Origin: Thermoproteota archaeon
GTDB taxonomy: Archaea > Korarchaeota > JAOZGF01 > JAOZFZ01
DNA length: 64,000 bases
Direction: 5' to 3'
Assembly (NCBI GenBank): GCA_027492035.1
Contig: JAOZFT010000020.1
Span: 1-64,000 of the forward strand
Positions within the stretch are counted from its first letter, which is position 1, and every line of letters begins with the position of its first letter. This document shows, piece after piece, positions 59,068 to 64,000 of this stretch. The translations under genes were made by a program, and so were the position numbers. The notes under the pieces are model-generated. The model was not told the DNA's origin. It worked only from the letters and a program-made list of their open reading frames with translations, and did not search any database.

Positions 59068-59332
59068 TGGGGATGTTGAATGACGTATCACCGAAAAATC
59101 GCGTCAATTTACCTTTCTGAGGGGTTATCTTAGATTTAATTGGACATTAATAAAAAGCATTAGATTTCCGCCCGCTATCTTCTATTCTATCCTTGGAGGA
59201 TGTAGCATTATCCTGTTTACAGGAAATATTGCCTTTAAATCAATCATAATTGGCTTGTTGCTGGCATTATTTATTTTGCCTATTGTAATGCTGTTACCTA
59301 TCTCCCTTACAAAAGGGGTTTGGTTCAAATGA
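59068..59332 (+). pseudogene. Decayed membrane-protein gene in a cassette
   Basis: Stops and frameshifts in the 5' half. The 3' half reads LGGCSIILFTGNIAFKSIIIGLLLALFILPIVMLLPISLTKGVWFK-stop. Confidence 0.55.
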
Positions 59333-59350
59333 ACACGAATAACAAACGGC

Positions 59351-59438
59351 GTATAACAGAGTGTATCTGGCTCCATGCTTTAGAAACTTCGCCCAAACCC
59401 TGCTTCGCAGGACTTCAGATATGCTTGAAACATTAAGT
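59351..59438 (+). repeat. attC-like site 3
   Basis: R'' GTATAAC at 59351; arms AGTGTATCTG/CAGATATGCT; R'-like ATTAAGT (GTT changed to ATT) at 59432. Confidence 0.7.
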
Positions 59439-59503
59439 GAGATGCCCTTCGTCTTTGAAAAGATTTAAAACTTAGAGTAGAATAGAACAATAAGTGCAAA
59501 AAA

Positions 59504-59846
59504 ATGAAAAAAATCACTGGGTGAGATAAGAACAATTATCAAAAACATAAAAAAGAACTTAAAGGAAAGCATGGAGTTAAAGAAATAGGAATCTTTTTTG
59601 GGGTGAGGGGAGAAGCAAAGAAAAATAGCGATATTGACATACTGGTTGAATTCGAAAAGTCTACGGGATTCTTTAAATTTCTCAAACTGAAGAGATATCT
59701 GGGTAATTTAATAGGTGGAAAAGTGGATCTTGTACCTAAAAAAGGCGCTTAAACCACATATTGGAAAAATATATTCTTGAGGAAGTTGTAACAGTGTGGA
59801 GAAAATATACAGGGATTACATACTGTTTTAGATCATCCTGTTCTGT
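59504..59846 (+). pseudogene. MNT (minimal nucleotidyltransferase) antitoxin pseudogene plus a possible stub of the HEPN/DUF86 toxin
   Basis: Across frameshifts: KHKKELKGKHGVKEIGIFFG.VRGEAKKNSDIDILVEFEK..KVDLV..ALKPHIGK.ILEEV, then a short YRDY-type HEPN start. Absent from the ORF track. Confidence 0.85.
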
Positions 59847-59856
59847 AAAAAAGTTC

Positions 59857-60387
59857 TTAACCCTTTTTAACTTTCCACTTTCTAATTAATTTATTAGCTA
59901 AGAAAGAAATTATTAACATCACAACTAAAGAAAGGACCACTACAAAGTAAAGGTTTGAAGTGAAACGAAGGAAACCTAAAATAGAACTTGCTATTATGAA
60001 ATAGAAAAGACAATTCCCAACAACACCTGCAGCGTACACTTTCCGTCTTTTAACCCCCATCAAGGCCATTAAAGGAACTGATAAATAAACCCAAAGTGTG
60101 AAGCAAAGTAAGACTAAGCCTGTAAAAGACGCAGCTGAACCGTACTTCTCCTCAAAATCAATTCTCTTCCTTTTAAAATATTCACTAAACCTCATGCTTA
60201 CCTTACTAATTTCTAAACCAGCGAAGTAAGCAATAGTGATCGCTAAAATGAGGGATATAAACCAAAGGATTGTTCCCCCTGCTAAACCAATTTCTGAACT
60301 ATAAAGCACAGTTAATGCCGGAATAATGACAGCCGAAAACTGCACAAGAAGTAAAAGAAATAACAGAAATAAAGTAAGTAATTCCAT
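59857..60387 (-). CDS. Polytopic membrane protein (possibly DedA/SNARE-associated-like)
   Basis: 5-6 hydrophobic helices; IAYFAG..FEEKYG pattern. Confidence 0.65.
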   Translation of the reverse strand: MELLTLFLLFLLLLVQFSAVIIPALTVLYSSEIGLAGGTILWFISLILAITIAYFAGLEISKVSMRFSEYFKRKRIDFEEKYGSAASFTGLVLLCFTLWVYLSVPLMALMGVKRRKVYAAGVVGNCLFYFIIASSILGFLRFTSNLYFVVVLSLVVMLIISFLANKLIRKWKVKKG

Positions 60388-60496
60388 TCTTCACCAACTC
60401 CCGTAAGAAGGTAAAAGGAGTCAAATTTTAAATTTAAATCTTCTCTTTTAATTTTTTTAAACCAAGTGAAGGAAAGGGTGAGAAAGGTAAGGGTAA

Positions 60497-61798
60497 ATGG
60501 GTGAAAAGGAAGTTTCTGAAATAGTTGATGAAGCAAAGGGGGAAATAATCTCTTTCTGCCGAGAATTAATTAAAACTGAGAGCTATAACCCTCCAGGTGG
60601 GGAAGAAAAGGTGGTGCAGGTAATAGCAAAGAAACTTGAGGAGGAAGAAGTACGGTATGAAATAATAAGTTCAGGAAATAAGAGAACCAATATATTAGCG
60701 GGGATAAAGAAAGGGAATGGGAGGAAACTTCTTTTCTGTGGACACATGGACACGGTTCCGCCAGGGGAGCTAGAAACTTGGAAGTTCCATCCCTTAAGTG
60801 CAGCGGTTGAGGATGGCAAAATCTACGGTAGAGGAGCATGTGATATGAAAAGTGGCTTAGCTTCGATGGTAATGGCTGCCATCCTATGTAAAAGACATGA
60901 GGAATGCATGAACAAAATCAATGGGGAAGTAATCTTGGCTATAGTTGCTGACGAAGAAATGGGAAGCGACTACGGCATGAAATTTTTAGTGAATAATTAT
61001 AGAGAAAAGTTAGGGGCTGATTACGCAGTTGTCTGTGAACCTTCAGGTTCGTCAACAACCGGGAAAGCTATTGTGATCGGTGAGAAAGGGGATTATGAAT
61101 TAAAGGTTACCTTCTTTGGAAAGAAAGGGCATTCAAGTGTCCCTTATCTAGCTGATAACGCGGTTGAAAAAGCCTGTAGATTCATTGCAAACCTTAACAA
61201 AATGAAAATTAGGAGAGTGAAACCTCCAATAACAAAGCTTCAATACCTTAAAATGTTTGTTGAAAAATATGGATGGGGAGAAATATTAAAGGGTTTGTTT
61301 TCAAAGCAGAAAAGTGCAGGAACAGCTGTGTTGAAGGCTTTAGTGAGCTGTGTATATTCTACAACAATTATAAATGGTGGATTCAAGTCCAACGTAATCC
61401 CTGACAAATGTGAAGCTACAATTGATTTCAGGGTGTTGCCTGGACAAACAGTTCAGGATGTGGAAGAAGCTGTTGAAAACTTAGCTGCAAAACTAGGGAT
61501 AAAGGTTTCAGTGGAAGTGCCTTTAGTAATTGAACCCTCGGTTCTCACTGATGGAGAAGAGTTGACAGGGACATTGGAGAAACTTGTGAATAAATTTTAT
61601 GGTGAAAAACCCTTAAAGATAATGATGCCAGGAGCTTCAGATGCTAGGTTCCTCAGAAACATATTAAAAATACCTACTGTTCAATTTGGTCCTGGAGAGG
61701 GAGAAACAGCTCATGCCAGTAACGAATACGTGGAAATAAATGATTTAATAAAGGCAACAAAAGTTTACATGTCTTTAATCGAGGAAATCTTCAAATAA
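60497..61798 (+). CDS. M20-family metallopeptidase/deacylase (ArgE/DapE-like)
   Basis: CGHMDTVP, YGRGACDMKSG, ADEE, VCEP, GHSS, SDAR, AHASNE. Confidence 0.93.
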   Translation: MGEKEVSEIVDEAKGEIISFCRELIKTESYNPPGGEEKVVQVIAKKLEEEEVRYEIISSGNKRTNILAGIKKGNGRKLLFCGHMDTVPPGELETWKFHPLSAAVEDGKIYGRGACDMKSGLASMVMAAILCKRHEECMNKINGEVILAIVADEEMGSDYGMKFLVNNYREKLGADYAVVCEPSGSSTTGKAIVIGEKGDYELKVTFFGKKGHSSVPYLADNAVEKACRFIANLNKMKIRRVKPPITKLQYLKMFVEKYGWGEILKGLFSKQKSAGTAVLKALVSCVYSTTIINGGFKSNVIPDKCEATIDFRVLPGQTVQDVEEAVENLAAKLGIKVSVEVPLVIEPSVLTDGEELTGTLEKLVNKFYGEKPLKIMMPGASDARFLRNILKIPTVQFGPGEGETAHASNEYVEINDLIKATKVYMSLIEEIFK

Positions 61799-61963
61799 AA
61801 AGTTTTGAAGATAGAGAAATTGTTTTTAAACGGTTTCTTCCTAGTTTATAGCTTCAAATCTCTCAGCCACTTGATTCAACTTGAAAACTAAGAATAAAGG
61901 CAGTAAGATTTACATGTTCCTTAACTGATGAAATTAATTGGTGAAGCCCTTGAATAAAAACAG

Positions 61964-62962
61964 TTAAGTTTTAAAGTTTACTTCCTTCCTTTTTGAGACA
62001 AGGAAGCTTACAGAAAAAAATATTAAGCTGATAACTACAAGTGGAAACCCTATTACAAAAGCGTCTCGACTTAAAAATTCCTTTATTTCTGTAGAAGTAA
62101 CTACATTGATTGTGTGGTTCAAAGTGTTTTTAATCCTGAACAGGTATTGGGTGTTAGGTTGCAAATTTAAGGAGAAATTTATTTTGTTTGAGGTTAAATT
62201 GATTAAAGGCTCCTCAGCATTTTGTGTAAACACGAGAAAAGTAATTTCCTTCAAGGAAGGAGTGTAAATAAACCCTTTAAGGCTGCAGCGGCACCAAGGT
62301 TTGAAAACAAAATCAACGTAGAGAGGCAAAACTTTACTTTTCCCTTCTGCAGTTACAAAACGGTAAACTGGAGGAGCATTTATCTTTCTACTCATAAAAA
62401 GGGAATAAGTCCTCACGTAACTAAAACATGCAGAACCTAAAAGTATAAACGATAAACCTACAAAGAAAGTGACGCCACCAGCCACAACATACTTTCGTGG
62501 AAGCCTTACACCTCCCTTCCCAATGAATTTAAAAGTACGGGTTTTAAGCAGTAAACCTGAGAAGAAAAGAATAACTCCTGCTGCCGTCAACGGAAGCGAA
62601 AAACCTGCGTAAGGATGAATCATACCCCATCTAACTGTAGGAATCAAGCGAAAAGAACCCCCAAAAACTTGAGGCAAAACATCATAACGTAACATGCCAA
62701 TTTCTCCATACAACGAACACAGAGCAGCTGCTGTGAAACACATCACCGAAGTAAGAATCGCAAAAACACCGATTTTACCCAAGAAAGGTACATTAACCAA
62801 TTGATTTGTCCCAATAACCCAACTTAGAACCAAAAATAGTGGAACTAACATGAAAATCAGAGATGAAACAAGTTGACGCTCCTTGGTCCAAGTAAGCAAA
62901 CCAACAAAGAAGAGAACAACACTAACAACACCCAGCAATTTACTGGAATCAACCCTCAACAA
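61964..62962 (-). CDS. Multi-TM membrane protein with an extracellular beta domain, unknown function
   Basis: About five N-terminal TMs, a beta-rich domain with NxS/T sequons, and a final TM. Confidence 0.7.
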   Translation of the reverse strand: MLRVDSSKLLGVVSVVLFFVGLLTWTKERQLVSSLIFMLVPLFLVLSWVIGTNQLVNVPFLGKIGVFAILTSVMCFTAAALCSLYGEIGMLRYDVLPQVFGGSFRLIPTVRWGMIHPYAGFSLPLTAAGVILFFSGLLLKTRTFKFIGKGGVRLPRKYVVAGGVTFFVGLSFILLGSACFSYVRTYSLFMSRKINAPPVYRFVTAEGKSKVLPLYVDFVFKPWCRCSLKGFIYTPSLKEITFLVFTQNAEEPLINLTSNKINFSLNLQPNTQYLFRIKNTLNHTINVVTSTEIKEFLSRDAFVIGFPLVVISLIFFSVSFLVSKRKEVNFKT

Positions 62963-63350
62963 AGTCGAGACAACCCTCCTAAACCCTTTATCTCAAAAAA
63001 AATTAAATTCATGTTTTTCCGTTTTTCATTTTTAAAGGCATTTAACTCCCTGAAACTCTTTAAAAAATTTCCTACCTAAACTTCAGGAGTTAAATAAACT
63101 TAATATTTTGTCAAATAAAGGGTTTCTGAGTTAACTCCGTTGAGGAGAAAGAGAAAGCGTGGACAATAAAACTTTACCTACGTTGCAACTTTTTCTGAAG
63201 CTTTAGAAAACCAGTAAATGATTAAGTGAACAAGTAAAAATTAGTTAAAGGAAGAAAGACTTAAACAATATGGAAACAAGTAAAGTACAGGGTTCCAATG
63301 GCTTCTTCCATAAGGGACTGAAGATCAGCTTTAGTAAAATTTTTAAAAAT

Positions 63351-63378
63351 ATCGATATGTACATTGTGTAATATCGAG
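63351..63378. promoter_or_regulatory. ModE/TunR-like palindromic operator upstream of wtpA
   Basis: ATCGATATGTACATTGTGTAATATCGAG between a TTTTAAAA box and the AAGGAGG SD. Confidence 0.55.
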
Positions 63379-63397
63379 AATTTTAAGGAGGCACTGA

Positions 63398-64000
<603 letters not shown>

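Larger units (their letters stand above)
57640..59850 (+). mobile_element. Degenerate integron-type gene cassette array without an integrase in the window (CALIN-like)
   Basis: Three attC-like hairpins; cassettes bounded by complementary core boxes (GTTAGGC/GCCTAAC, GTTATACGC/GCGTATAAC, GTTGTCC/GGACAAT); co-oriented TA and orphan cargo. Confidence 0.75.

Noticed and set aside
7804-62440. Numerous 60-170 aa antisense ORFs inside long genes (e.g. 16950-17450, 34271-34792, 51678-52190)
   Set aside because: Opposite-strand shadows of well-supported CDSs, with Ser/Phe/Leu-rich composition and no motifs.

Overview
A 64 kb window from a low-GC archaeon, probably thermophilic and anaerobic. Evidence: archaeal LeuRS, GPN-type GTPase, PDO, AspRS-paralogous asparagine synthetase, two tungsten AORs plus WtpA, and TATA/GGTGA signals. 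The gene content fits a TACK or Asgard-neighbourhood lineage such as Bathyarchaeia, but taxonomy cannot be fixed from this window. Most of it is ordinary core or metabolic DNA: DNA repair (nfo, nth), tRNA functions (leuS, thiI, THUMP, kptA), two feo iron-uptake operons, CoA and redox enzymes, and a form IV RuBisCO-like protein. Two accessory stretches stand out. The first is a decaying island at about 1-3960 (NYN nuclease, frameshifted genes, a membrane-anchored C39-like peptidase). The second, at about 57480-59850, is an integrase-less array of integron-type gene cassettes that the ORF track does not show. It has attC-like hairpins, matching GTT/AAC core boxes around each cassette, long cassette-specific inverted arms and cassette-borne TATA boxes. 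Its cargo is an intact HicBA pair, an orphan gene and pseudogenes including MNT-HEPN. Other leads: an APC permease, metallophosphoesterase, nucleotidyltransferase and 2TM-protein operon; a DPM2-like protein divergent from a GT-C glycosyltransferase; a small secreted peptide with a duplicated Gly-rich core; a QueG-like plus altered SdhA-like reductase pair; and an SCP2-ADH-AOR operon. No rRNA, tRNA or CRISPR array was seen. All assignments are by motif recognition only; no searches were run.
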